Source: Candidatus Pelearchaeum maunauluense (GTDB lineage: Archaea > Thermoproteota > Nitrososphaeria_A > Caldarchaeales > Caldarchaeaceae). From it: a stretch of DNA of 64,000 nt. Shown here piece after piece: positions 20,324 through 30,135 of the stretch. Under the pieces are notes generated by a model that had not been told where the DNA came from, did not search any database, and saw nothing but the letters and a program-made list of their open reading frames with translations. The translations under genes and the position numbers were made by a program. Numbering within the stretch: the stretch's first letter is position 1; each line of letters begins with the position of its first letter. The DNA lies in assembly GCA_030059675.1 (NCBI GenBank), contig JANVYQ010000003.1:64001-128000 (forward strand), read 5' to 3'.

Positions 20324-21109
20324 TTGCTGAAACTCATAGAAGGCGCTCCCGCAATAACCCTTGACAAGCCCAAAAGGACACTAGTAGTCTCTGATCTTCA
20401 CCTAGGCTTTGAGGAGGAACTGCTGGCTCAGGGGATTAAGGTTCCGCCACAGAGCTGGAGGATAATACAAAACATAGCGCAACTCGTTAAAAGAGTAGAT
20501 GCAAGCCGTCTAATAATCTTAGGTGATGTGAAACATCAGTTTACAGGACCTTCTAGGCTTGAATGGAGGATGCTTCCTCGTCTTTTTGATGAGCTATGCG
20601 CGGTAGTTAAAGAGATTATGATTCTTCCTGGAAATCATGATGGTGGGATAAGGAAAATATTGAGTGATAAAGTCATCTTTTTACCCACACGGGGCTATTT
20701 CGTTAAGGAGGAAAAAATCGGGCTAGTTCATGGGCATGTATGGCCCTCTAAACAGCTTCTTGACGCTGAGATAATAATCGCGGGACATTTGCACCCGTTT
20801 ATAGCCTTTCACGGAGAGGCTGGGACTGTTAAAAGACGCGTCTGGCTTAGAATGAGAGGCAGCAAAGCCGCGCTAGCTGAGAAGGTACTCAAGAAACCAG
20901 TAAAAAGATACCGTGGAGAGATTACGTTGCTCATAATGCCCAGCTTTAATGACCTACTCTCAGGAACTACGGTAACGAACATTGAGGAGATAAGCAGAGG
21001 CCATGGACCTCTCCTCAGGTCTGGTATCTTCGACTTAGCCAGGGCTGAGGTTATAACTATAGATGGGGCTAGTCTTGGTTGTTTAGCATCACTTGAGCTG
21101 GAGGCATAA
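20324..21109 (+). CDS. Metallophosphoesterase (COG1407 type)
   Basis: SDLHLG, LGDVKH, PGNHDG, HGH, GHLHP, MPSFN. Confidence 0.9.
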   Translation: MLKLIEGAPAITLDKPKRTLVVSDLHLGFEEELLAQGIKVPPQSWRIIQNIAQLVKRVDASRLIILGDVKHQFTGPSRLEWRMLPRLFDELCAVVKEIMILPGNHDGGIRKILSDKVIFLPTRGYFVKEEKIGLVHGHVWPSKQLLDAEIIIAGHLHPFIAFHGEAGTVKRRVWLRMRGSKAALAEKVLKKPVKRYRGEITLLIMPSFNDLLSGTTVTNIEEISRGHGPLLRSGIFDLARAEVITIDGASLGCLASLELEA

Positions 21110-21112
21110 GAC

Positions 21113-21463
21113 TTGAGCGACCCCGCGGAGACGCTTCAACAACTCGCACGGGAATATCCATCTCTCTTTGACGAAGCATATCAGGCTGTTAGAGAGGGAA
21201 AGGTAAAGAAATACTGCTTCTATCCAAGCGGTAAGGTGGAGTGGATAGTAGTAGGGAGAAACCGCGACTACCTCATACTCCCAGAAGCCAACTACTGTAG
21301 TTGTGAAGATTTCTTCTTCCGCGTACTAAGCCAAGAAAAACCCATGTGCTACCACATACTGGCCGTCAGAATAGCAACGCTAACAGGCAGATACGAGGAA
21401 ATACAAGAAGCAGACCACTGGCGTAGAAGACTGATAAAAGAATGGATACCCAGAGAGGAATAA
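21113..21463 (+). CDS. SWIM zinc-finger protein
   Basis: YCSCEDF...CYHILA. Confidence 0.88.
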   Translation: MSDPAETLQQLAREYPSLFDEAYQAVREGKVKKYCFYPSGKVEWIVVGRNRDYLILPEANYCSCEDFFFRVLSQEKPMCYHILAVRIATLTGRYEEIQEADHWRRRLIKEWIPREE

Positions 21464-21498
21464 ACTCTAAAATAGGAAACAACACATAGTGTTTTGGG

Positions 21499-21611
21499 GC
21501 CGGGGTCGGGTAGTCCGGCTAGCTCGCCGGCCTCGAGATCCGCTCTATTAAGCTGGTCAGGATAGCCGGTGGCCTTCTCGGGCCGCGTGGGTTCAAATCC
21601 CACCCCCGGCG
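21499..21611 (+). tRNA. tRNA-Ser(CGA) with a 26-nt intron at 37/38 (21538-21563)
   Basis: Acceptor GCCGGGG/CCCCGGC, anticodon stem CCGGC/GCCGG, CT-CGA-G loop, long variable arm, TTCAAATC T-loop, G discriminator, T-run downstream. Confidence 0.92.
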
Positions 21612-22786
21612 TTTTTCTTATGTGTTCGTCTTTTAAGGAATAGGTATAATGGTAGAGCAATCGTTGCCAGCGGTGCGCTGCCAACTACTAGTATTAAGAG
21701 TCCTCTCAGGATGGTGTAGAGTAGTGTCACGCCGGTTATGAAGGGCTCTGTTGGGTCTATGTCGTGTAGCGTGGGTTTTGCGGGTTGTAGTATGCTGACA
21801 GTTATCTGTGATGTATCTGAAGTTTTTGTCTCCATATTACGTGTCTCCCCCAAAGCTGTTATCTTGGAGATAAGCTCATCAAAAATATCCGCAGGGACGT
21901 TAGCCACGATTTCGCCTGACCATCTCTCATTAGCAACTCTAAGTGAAGACCTTACCACATACCCTCCAGAATCGCGGGCTAGCTTTTCAATAACCGCGAG
22001 TGTGTTTGCCACATCTTGGCTCTCTAGGATTATGAACGCGGAGCGCGGCTTTGTTGGTAGCTGAGCCTGTAGTAGCTCAACCCTAATAGTAGAGAAACTG
22101 ACTGTATTCTCGAGATAGTTTATCCTGCCAGTTAGACGTTCTATCTCTCCCCTCACCCTCTCCAGCTCCCTCTCCATACTCAGCAAATCATCAACGCTGG
22201 CTGCAAGCCTCATGGTTTCCAGTAATCTCTCTTCTTGACGCAGTAGATTATCACGGCGGGCACGTAGGTCTATATATTCCTCGGTAACATCATCGCTCTG
22301 AGTATTCTTTTCCACCACTCGTCCAAGGGTCTCTATGTCAGCTATGGCCTGGTAGAAACTGTTACGTGGAACCCGTATTGTGATCGAGGCTACTTGTTTT
22401 CCATTAATTATAGTTGATGAGGTACCTGCAACGTATCCACCCAATTCTTTAGCCACATTAGCAATCTCATCCATTACATCCCCAACGTTATTTACCTCTA
22501 GCTTAATATTGGCCGTGAACGCTATCATCCTACCCAAATCACCAACTTGATTATCTCTTCTCACAGCATACTCAAGTTGCTCCATTATGGTAGTGGCTGT
22601 TTGAATACGCGTAACTGTTGTAACACCCGATACGGGTTGTCCACTCATCACAAAATCATCTATAGATGCTGGGCGGCTGGCTTGTGGTTTTTGCTAGGTT
22701 AAACTCCCTGCTACCATGCCAACAATTATCAAAATCGTTATAACTACTAGCAGCTTTACATGCTTATTCTTAGCCAACCTGCGCAT
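21593..22786 (-). pseudogene. DUF4349-family membrane-anchored protein interrupted by one in-frame TAG (codon 31)
   Basis: LGGYV, ITIRVP, DVTEEYIDL..R, ERELERVRGEIE motifs. A signal/anchor segment from ATG 22786 is in frame but separated by TAG at 22694-22696. Confidence 0.75.
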
Positions 22787-22815
22787 GTACTCTGATTGGT
22801 TTATGGAGTTGTATA

Positions 22816-22843
22816 GTTCTAGCGTTTAGAACGAAATGTTCTA
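22816..22843. promoter_or_regulatory. Tripartite inverted repeat GTTCTA-N5-TAGAAC-N5-GTTCTA, candidate TF operator
   Basis: Three exact hexamers in alternating orientation at 11-bp spacing, in a divergent intergenic region. Confidence 0.55.
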
Positions 22844-22901
22844 GCTGTGTGAGTTGATGCTAAATCCATAAAATACCGCATATAACTATAGTCCCTCTAG
22901 A

Positions 22902-24947
22902 ATGTCTCCCAACAGACTAATAAACGAAAAAAGCCCATACCTACTGAAGCACGCCCATAACCCCGTTGATTGGTATCCCTGGGGAAGTGAGGCTTTTGAA
23001 AGAGCGCGTAGAGAGAATAAGCCTATCCTTCTTAGTATAGGATATTCTACCTGCCACTGGTGTAGTGTAATGGAAAAGGAATCGTTTGAAAATGAGGAGA
23101 TAGCCGAGCTAATAAACAGGAACTTTATTCCGATAAAGGTGGATAGAGAAGAAAGGCCAGATATTGACGAGATTTACATGAGAGCGGTTCAGCTTATGAC
23201 GGGAAGCGGTGGATGGCCTTTAACTGTTTTTCTTACGCCAGACCTCAAACCCTTTTTTGGAGGTACTTATTTTCCACCAAAGAGGCGGGGCGGTCTCCCA
23301 GGTTTTGATGAGATACTTAAAGCAGTAGCTGAAGCATGGAAGACGAAGCATGAAGAGATAATAAAATCAGCCAGCGACGTGACCATGTTTATCCGACAGT
23401 TGTATGACCACAAACAAACTACGCGGCAGCTCTCTCCTGAACCCGTGAATCAAGCTTATGATGCCCTAGTTTCTCTTTATGACAGTAATTATGGCGGGTT
23501 TGGGGGAGCTCCCAAGTTCCCCATGCCCACCTACCTATTCTTCCTCCATAGATTCTACTGGAGAAATAAGGATAAAGTTGCCCTGCGTATGGCGCAGCAT
23601 ACTCTAACCCGCATGGCTCGCGGGGGAATACACGATCAACTCGCAGGAGGTTTTCATAGATACTCAACCGATAGATATTGGATAGTTCCACATTTTGAGA
23701 AGATGCTTTATGATAATGCTCTTCTTGCTAGAGTTTATCTTGAATCATATCAGCTCACTGGAGATAACTACATGCGTAGTGTGGCAGTAAAGACTTTAGA
23801 ATGGATGTTGGGCGATATGAAGAGCAACGAGGGAGCTTTTTATTCTGCCGTTGATGCGGATAGCCCAGAAGGCGAAGGAATATACTATACGTGGAAACGT
23901 GAGGAGGTTCTAGAAATACTTGGGAAGGAAGTGGGTGAGATTATCTGTAAATATTATGGAATAACATATGAAGGGAACTTTGAAGAGAAACGGAATATAC
24001 TAACCATTAGTAGAGAAATAGGCTCTTTAGCTACTGAGTATAAAATGGATGTTAGTGAGATGATAGATGTAATCGAAGAAGCGTCTAGGAGGTTATTGGA
24101 TGAGCGCAATAAGCGTCCGAAGCCCGCGGTGGATGATAAGATTCTTACATCGTGGAATGGTTTAGCTATTTCAAGCTTTGTATACGGCTATAGAGTAATA
24201 GGGGCGGTAGAGTATTTAGAATCCGCCAAAAAGGCAGCAGATTTCATCTTGTCAAAACTTTACGAATCAGATGGTCTGCTCCATAGATATAGAGGTGGTG
24301 AAGCATTAATAAACGCCAAGCTTGACGACTATGCATATCTAGTTGCTGCCCTTCTCGACATATATGAGTCATGTTTTGAAGAGCGGTGGATAGATTGGGC
24401 TATACAATTAAATCAAGAAATGATAGAACGATTATGGGATAAAGAAAATGGGGGATTTTACTTTAATCAAGAAGAGGTAGCTGGAATATCACGTATTAAA
24501 GATGGTTATGATGACGTAGTTCCATCAGGCAACTCCATAGCGGTATACAATCTATTAAGACTCGCGGAGCTAACTGGAGAAACCTCTTTAGAGGAAATGG
24601 CTGAGAAGACCATTAAGGCTTTCTGGGATAGTATAGAACAGGAACCAATAAACTACACTTATATGCTAACGGCTCTCGACTATCTATTTAATGAACGACG
24701 CGAAATCGTTCTAGTTGGCCCGATGAATGAGCTCACGCCCTTTATCAGGGAGGCGCATAAACGCTATTTGCCCAACAGCGTTATAGCTGCTTATGATGAT
24801 AAGGAAAGCGCTGATTTAACGCGGAAGCTTGCTCTCCTCCAAGGAAAGACATCTAGGGGAAAGCTGGCCGCTTACGTGTGTAAAAACTTCACATGCCATA
24901 ACCCTGTAGATACTGTGGATGAATTTCTAAAACTACTGGATGAATAA
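22902..24947 (+). CDS. Thioredoxin-domain protein (YyaL/DUF255/SPATA20 family)
   Basis: [45 protein letters not shown]. Confidence 0.95.
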   Translation: MSPNRLINEKSPYLLKHAHNPVDWYPWGSEAFERARRENKPILLSIGYSTCHWCSVMEKESFENEEIAELINRNFIPIKVDREERPDIDEIYMRAVQLMTGSGGWPLTVFLTPDLKPFFGGTYFPPKRRGGLPGFDEILKAVAEAWKTKHEEIIKSASDVTMFIRQLYDHKQTTRQLSPEPVNQAYDALVSLYDSNYGGFGGAPKFPMPTYLFFLHRFYWRNKDKVALRMAQHTLTRMARGGIHDQLAGGFHRYSTDRYWIVPHFEKMLYDNALLARVYLESYQLTGDNYMRSVAVKTLEWMLGDMKSNEGAFYSAVDADSPEGEGIYYTWKREEVLEILGKEVGEIICKYYGITYEGNFEEKRNILTISREIGSLATEYKMDVSEMIDVIEEASRRLLDERNKRPKPAVDDKILTSWNGLAISSFVYGYRVIGAVEYLESAKKAADFILSKLYESDGLLHRYRGGEALINAKLDDYAYLVAALLDIYESCFEERWIDWAIQLNQEMIERLWDKENGGFYFNQEEVAGISRIKDGYDDVVPSGNSIAVYNLLRLAELTGETSLEEMAEKTIKAFWDSIEQEPINYTYMLTALDYLFNERREIVLVGPMNELTPFIREAHKRYLPNSVIAAYDDKESADLTRKLALLQGKTSRGKLAAYVCKNFTCHNPVDTVDEFLKLLDE

Positions 24948-24964
24948 CACAAATAGTAGCTTGC

Positions 24965-26143
24965 TTGGCGGCCTATCTGGTAAATTTGAAAAAAGCCCGC
25001 GAAGGCTTCATAGTGCTGCCAATATGCTGGCTCTCTTGGATGTGGAATCATGGTACTCGCGTTGCTGTCCCAGTATTGGCACCGTATCTCACCGAGAAAT
25101 ATTCACTTACAGTGTTTGAGGCCGCGGTTCTATCTGGAATAACCTACCTAAGTTTTTACGGCTTCATGATAGTATCTGGACAGGCGGTAGTGCGTATAGG
25201 TTATAAGCGGTCTGTCGCATTAAGTACTCTTGGAGCTGCTTTTCTCTTCGCATTCGCTGGCTATGCTCCTACTACACTAATGCTCTTCCTTCTACTCTTC
25301 TTAACAGGGTTCAGCCTCTCACTATACCTGCCAGCAGCTATTCCGTGGTTGTCAGGATTATTCAATAGTAGTAAACGTGGTCTTGTGGTGGGTGTTCATG
25401 AATCCGCCGCTCCCACAGGCCAGACCCTAGGGCCTGTCTTTGTGGCTGTGGCAGCTGCTATGCTAGCTTTAGAGCAGGTATTCGTAGCTTGGGCTGTAAT
25501 AGCAGCCCTGGCAGGCGTCTTAATCATACTCCTGGCAAAACCAACACCCTCTATGACCGTCCAGGCAGCGCGCGATGCGCAGCTTATGAGCATAAAGCGG
25601 TTAGGCATTATAATAATAGTAACCCTGGGCGTGCTTATCGGAAACCTGGGCGTTCTCCCAATTATCCCACTCTACCTAGTTAATGTCTTCGGGCTTGAGA
25701 GAGGTTTTGTCGCCACTCTAGTTGGTTTAAGTCGTCTACTTGGGCTCATAGGCCAGCCAGTAGGAGGATACCTATCAGATAGATTCGGCAGACTAACTCT
25801 CATAACAATACTCACGATACTAACTTTCCTCTCAACGGCATACATAGCATATGCACCATTTAACATTCTATACATAATCTTCCTAGTGATACAAGCCACG
25901 GCCACAGCAATGTACTTCCCCGTAGTATACGCACTAATATCCGAGGAAGCAAGAGCCTATGCAAGCATACAGATAGGACGTTTGCTCTTTGTCAGTGGTC
26001 TTTTGGGACCGACCCTAACAGCTTTCGTAATGGGCTACATGGCTGAAACATTCAGCTATACAATCGCATTCACATACCCGCTAATATTCACCCTACTAAG
26101 CGTTGCAGCGGTACCATGGCTGAGGAAATCTCCAAATAAATAA
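24965..26143 (+). CDS. MFS transporter
   Basis: About 12 TM helices with the GGYLSDRFGR motif. Confidence 0.9.
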   Translation: MAAYLVNLKKAREGFIVLPICWLSWMWNHGTRVAVPVLAPYLTEKYSLTVFEAAVLSGITYLSFYGFMIVSGQAVVRIGYKRSVALSTLGAAFLFAFAGYAPTTLMLFLLLFLTGFSLSLYLPAAIPWLSGLFNSSKRGLVVGVHESAAPTGQTLGPVFVAVAAAMLALEQVFVAWAVIAALAGVLIILLAKPTPSMTVQAARDAQLMSIKRLGIIIIVTLGVLIGNLGVLPIIPLYLVNVFGLERGFVATLVGLSRLLGLIGQPVGGYLSDRFGRLTLITILTILTFLSTAYIAYAPFNILYIIFLVIQATATAMYFPVVYALISEEARAYASIQIGRLLFVSGLLGPTLTAFVMGYMAETFSYTIAFTYPLIFTLLSVAAVPWLRKSPNK

Positions 26144-26221
26144 GCCAAAAAATGTTTATTCGGTCAATAGATTTATCCTAGCAGATATAACAATACAATA
26201 AGGGACGCAGGTGAAATCTCT

Positions 26222-27478
26222 TTGCTGAGCTTTGCCTCACTCAAAGTATGGGAAAAACCAGAGATAAAACGCAACCTCTGGTGGTATTATGAAGTAGCTA
26301 ACAATCGAAAACCCGCAAAATACCTCATATGCAGGCGCATACCAGTTGAGATAAGTCCAGCAAAAGCCGACGAAAACACATTATGGGATGTGCATGAAAA
26401 ACTATCAAAGGAATTCCAAGATTTATTCAATAATATAGTCGAGGGAAAGCTATCCCTTAAAGAGCTCCCTACAGCAAAACCAAATTTTCTCGACATAAAA
26501 GTAGAACTCACCAAAAGAATGTTGAAGCACTGCAATTTCTGTCGGTGGAACTGCAGAGTTGATAGAACGCTAGGTACAAAACATGGTACCTGCCAGTTGG
26601 AGAGTGAAAGCAGGGTATCAAGCTACTTCCACCACAGGGGCGAGGAACTACCAATAAGGGGAACAGGTGGAAGTGGAACTATTTTCTTTACGTCATGTAA
26701 TATGCGCTGCGCGTTCTGCCAGAATGGTGATATTTCGCATGATAAGTATAATGGGGTAATATTCACTCCGTATATGGTCGCGCTTGCTATGTGGCAGCTT
26801 AGATTGGAAGGCTGTCATAACATAAACCTAGTAGGTGGTGAGCCCACGATACACCTGCATACGATAGTTGAGGCTATAAGCTTGCTAAAGTTCTTTAATG
26901 ATAGAAAAACCCTCCCGCAGATAATTGTAGCTAAGGCGGACGGCTTTCTACCGTATAGGATGAATAAAGGCAACGCCCTATATGATGGTGAGTTTAACAC
27001 ACCAATATTATGGAACTCCAACATGTTCATGAGCCGTGAAACGCTCACCATACTTCGTGAGATAGTTGATATCTGGCTACCGGATTTCAAATTTGGAAAT
27101 AATAAATGCGCAGTACGACTTTCTAGGACTCCGTGGTACTTTGAGACCGTATCTAATAATCATAAAACAATTTACGAGTGGGGGGAGAATATAGTGATAA
27201 GGCATCTAGTGATGCCTAACCATGTAGAGTGCTGCACTAAGCCCGTTCTTAGATGGATAGCAGAGAACATGCCAGGGGTTCTCGTCAATGTGATGGACCA
27301 GTATCACCCTGACTGTGCATGCAACCCAAACGACCCAAATTATGACCCGCGGTATAGTGATATGGCCAGATACCCAACGCGGGATGAGGTGTTGGAGGCG
27401 TATAGGTATGCTCGGGAGTTGGGAATTCCGTTTGAAGAGATAACTTTTGAGAGGTCGGTGTATGGATATAATGTTTAG
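26222..27478 (+). CDS. Radical SAM protein, PflX-like
   Basis: CNMRCAFCQN, auxiliary CNFC..NC.V.R, GGEP, PDFKFGN, RHLVMP. Confidence 0.9.
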   Translation: MLSFASLKVWEKPEIKRNLWWYYEVANNRKPAKYLICRRIPVEISPAKADENTLWDVHEKLSKEFQDLFNNIVEGKLSLKELPTAKPNFLDIKVELTKRMLKHCNFCRWNCRVDRTLGTKHGTCQLESESRVSSYFHHRGEELPIRGTGGSGTIFFTSCNMRCAFCQNGDISHDKYNGVIFTPYMVALAMWQLRLEGCHNINLVGGEPTIHLHTIVEAISLLKFFNDRKTLPQIIVAKADGFLPYRMNKGNALYDGEFNTPILWNSNMFMSRETLTILREIVDIWLPDFKFGNNKCAVRLSRTPWYFETVSNNHKTIYEWGENIVIRHLVMPNHVECCTKPVLRWIAENMPGVLVNVMDQYHPDCACNPNDPNYDPRYSDMARYPTRDEVLEAYRYARELGIPFEEITFERSVYGYNV

Positions 27479-28803
27479 GGATGTAGTCGGAATCTGTCGC
27501 GTGGGAATAATATGGTCTCGCGTATGTTTGTTCTTCTGGTTATGACCATCATCAGCCGCTCAAACCCAAGCCCCCAGCCGGCATGTATTGGCATGCCATA
27601 GTCATAAACCTCCAGATGGTACTTAAATGACTCTGGATTAAGTCCCTGCTCTTCCAGCCGCCTCATGAGCAGCTCCTTCTCCCAAATCCTAGTACCACCA
27701 GAAGCCAGCTCAAGCCACTGATACATCAGGTCAAAAGACTCGCTTATCTCAGGCTTATCGCTCCGCGGCTGTATGTAAAATGGCTTTATCCGCGTGGGAA
27801 AGTCGGTTATAAAGTAATAGCTAGTGTGCTTCTTTGCAAGCGCTCTTAGGTGAGGTGTTCCAAAATCCTCGCCCCACTCTAGAGGCTGGCCCAAACCGTT
27901 GAGCTCGTCAAGGAGCTGCTCATAGGTATATCGTGGAAACGGTAGGGATGGAATCTTAAGACGCACATCGAGGGATTTAAGCTCCTCAGAATTATTCCGC
28001 TCTATCCACCTATATACATAAACTATGAGCTCTTCAAGAAAACGCATAACATCATCCATATCAGCAAATGCAATCTCTATATCGACTGAAGTAAATTCGC
28101 TTATATGTCTGCGCGTATGTGATTCTTCTGCCCTGAAGAATGGCCCCATCTCAAATACGCGCTCAAAGACCGTGGTGAGCTCTTCTTTATAGAGCTGGGG
28201 GCTTTGCGCCAGGTATGCTGTTCTATCAAAATACCTGACCTCGAAGAGGGCTGCTCCTCCTTCTGTGGCAGTCCCTATTATCCGCGATGTTCTAACCTCG
28301 GTGAATCCATGCTCATGGAAGAAGTCGCGTATAGCCTTGTTTACGCTACTGGCAAGAGTGAATACCGCCCTATTCTCGGGTTTTCGTAGGTCTAAAATCC
28401 TATGCCGCAGTCGCGTCTCCATACCTGCGGAGACTTTTCCCGTTACGTCGTAGGGTATTTGCTTGGCCGCCCTGCTCAGTATAGCGAGTCTGCTCGCTTT
28501 AACCTCTACACCCAACCTAGCCTTTGGCTCCGCTGAGACTCTACCATTAACATAAAGCACAGACTCCAGCCCTATCTCTTCAAGCACCCGCTTCGTATTT
28601 TCGTCAACCTCAGATTTGCGGATGGCTACTTGGCATATACCCGAAGAGTCCCGCAAAAGTATGAAGACGAGCTTTCCTAGGTCTCTTATCTCATGAACCC
28701 AGCCCAAAAGATGGACTTCCTTACCATCGTTCTCTGGCCTTACATTCCGCGCCATAGTGCGCTGTGAGATTATCTTCTTTAGGTCTGGTCTACCCAAGCC
28801 CAA
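27475..28803 (-). CDS. aspS: Aspartyl-tRNA synthetase (archaeal type)
   Basis: GWVHEIRDLG OB fold, LAQSPQLYKE, FRAE, HAGWGLGFERL, FPRD. Confidence 0.95.
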   Translation of the reverse strand: MGLGRPDLKKIISQRTMARNVRPENDGKEVHLLGWVHEIRDLGKLVFILLRDSSGICQVAIRKSEVDENTKRVLEEIGLESVLYVNGRVSAEPKARLGVEVKASRLAILSRAAKQIPYDVTGKVSAGMETRLRHRILDLRKPENRAVFTLASSVNKAIRDFFHEHGFTEVRTSRIIGTATEGGAALFEVRYFDRTAYLAQSPQLYKEELTTVFERVFEMGPFFRAEESHTRRHISEFTSVDIEIAFADMDDVMRFLEELIVYVYRWIERNNSEELKSLDVRLKIPSLPFPRYTYEQLLDELNGLGQPLEWGEDFGTPHLRALAKKHTSYYFITDFPTRIKPFYIQPRSDKPEISESFDLMYQWLELASGGTRIWEKELLMRRLEEQGLNPESFKYHLEVYDYGMPIHAGWGLGFERLMMVITRRTNIRETILFPRDRFRLHP

Positions 28804-28827
28804 CGGGTTAAGTTGAATAGAAGTCAG

Positions 28828-29376
28828 CTAATGAGTCTTACTCCTCCTATAGCCTCTTGACCGCCGTTCAAAATCTATCCTCAGATTTATGCCCTTAACC
28901 TGCTTAGCCACAACGGCAGCGGCCTCGGGACTTATCTTGAGATTCCGCTCCTCATCAAGTATTATGCGCGTCTCCTCCGTTTGGTCAGGTAGCCATATCT
29001 TATTTACCGCCATAATCCTAGCAGGTGCTACCAAAAGTTGGAGAAACTTATTACTATCTTTAGAATCCTCAAGAAGCTTAACCTGGAGCTTGGTTAAATC
29101 ACTTATCCTTTTCCTTAGGTTGGATTGTTGAGGATATGGAATTTTTGAAAGGTCGCCTTCTTTAAAAATAATGAAGAGCAGTGTGTTGTATTCTACGCTT
29201 TTTTTGTATGTTATTCCAGCCAGCTGTGGTATCTGCTTCTCCATGTCCATTAACAACCGCATTACCTTTAGGTCTGCCTCTGTTATCTCGCCGCGGCGTA
29301 TTTTATCTTCACACTTCGGGCAGAATATACCTGACCTTAGGTCGAATGAGCAGACTGGGAACTCCACGCCGTGCAC
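28828..29376 (-). CDS. Archaeal NusA-like KH protein with N-terminal zinc-binding motif
   Basis: FPVC..D..SG.FCPKC and LVAPARI..VNKIWLPD pattern. Confidence 0.7.
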   Translation of the reverse strand: MHGVEFPVCSFDLRSGIFCPKCEDKIRRGEITEADLKVMRLLMDMEKQIPQLAGITYKKSVEYNTLLFIIFKEGDLSKIPYPQQSNLRKRISDLTKLQVKLLEDSKDSNKFLQLLVAPARIMAVNKIWLPDQTEETRIILDEERNLKISPEAAAVVAKQVKGINLRIDFERRSRGYRRSKTH

Positions 29377-29410
29377 CCTTCAAGGCTCCCCAGGCCCCCG
29401 TCAGCTAAGG

Positions 29411-29692
29411 TCAGCGCGAAACAGTAATCTCTATTGTACTAACGTTCAGCGTCTGCCCTGTCTGGCTCTGAACCTGCTCTGTACCTATCTTTATGTCCTT
29501 CACCTTAAGGTCTTTGAAGAACCTGTTTTGCAGTATCTGGACGACATCTACGGCCCTGCTTATTGCCCTGCCTCTGGCCTTGATTACAACCTCGTTTGAG
29601 CCTGACTGGATTGTCGCCAGACAGGCTAGAACATAGTTCATTATCGGTTTCTTGCCCACCAACACTGTTGTAGCTAATTGCCGACTCTCCAT
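29411..29692 (-). CDS. albA: Chromatin protein Alba
   Basis: [32 protein letters not shown]. Confidence 0.97.
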   Translation of the reverse strand: MESRQLATTVLVGKKPIMNYVLACLATIQSGSNEVVIKARGRAISRAVDVVQILQNRFFKDLKVKDIKIGTEQVQSQTGQTLNVSTIEITVSR

Positions 29693-29822
29693 ACACCATC
29701 ACCGTCTTACCAATAGGGGCGCAACCCACTTATTAAACTCCTGAATAAATAGGTTACGTACAGCCGGGGGAGTAACACCTTTAACCGAGAACTTCACGCA
29801 GTAGGCAAGAGGTGCTTGGAAA

Positions 29823-29984
29823 TTGCCGAGAAGGGATGCCGCCCTCCTCCAAATAGCGCAGAGAAGAAGGTTGTTGGTCAAGATTTGCAGAGAATGCGGC
29901 GCTAGAAACGCTCCTACGGCCGAGAAATGCAGAAAATGCAAGAGCTACAACCTTAGATGGAAGAGGCGCGAGATTAAGCGCTGA
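29823..29984 (+). CDS. rpl40e: 50S ribosomal protein L40e (missing from the ORF track)
   Basis: Manual translation from TTG gives MPRRDAALLQIAQRRRLLVKICRECGARNAPTAEKCRKCKSYNLRWKRREIKR; upstream SD-like GAGGTG. Confidence 0.95.
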   Translation: MPRRDAALLQIAQRRRLLVKICRECGARNAPTAEKCRKCKSYNLRWKRREIKR

Positions 29985-30038
29985 CGGCCAAAAACCGCAG
30001 GACATTATTTATTAGACTAGCAAGAATGAAGAGAAGAT

Positions 30039-30131
30039 GGGGCCGTGGTCTAGTGGCTATGACGCCGCCCTTACACGGCGGAGAGCGGCAAACATGCCCG
30101 CAAGCCGTGGGTTCGAATCCCACCGGCCCCA
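30039..30131 (+). tRNA. tRNA-Val(TAC) with a 20-nt non-canonical intron at 45/46 (30084-30103)
   Basis: Acceptor GGGGCCG/CGGCCCC, anticodon arm CCGCC-CTTACAC-GGCGG, T-loop TTCGAATC. BHB central helix GCGG/CCGC with bulges AG|A and AA|G. Confidence 0.92.
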
Positions 30132-30135
30132 CCTT

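Noticed and set aside
21349-21684. 111-aa minus-strand ORF
   Set aside because: It spans the tRNA-Ser gene antisense (GVGFEPT is the typical tRNA shadow translation).
22694-22696. Pyrrolysine recoding of the in-frame TAG codons (here and at 5185-5187)
   Set aside because: No pyl genes are in the window, TAG ends many normal genes here, and the malK TAG lies in a gene that also has a frameshift.
29823-29984. Possible ubiquitin-L40e fusion
   Set aside because: No ubiquitin-like sequence is in frame upstream; L40e stands alone.
29699-30005. Minus-strand ORFs 29699-29941 and 29781-30005
   Set aside because: They are antisense shadows of rpl40e (29823-29984, +), which the ORF track missed.
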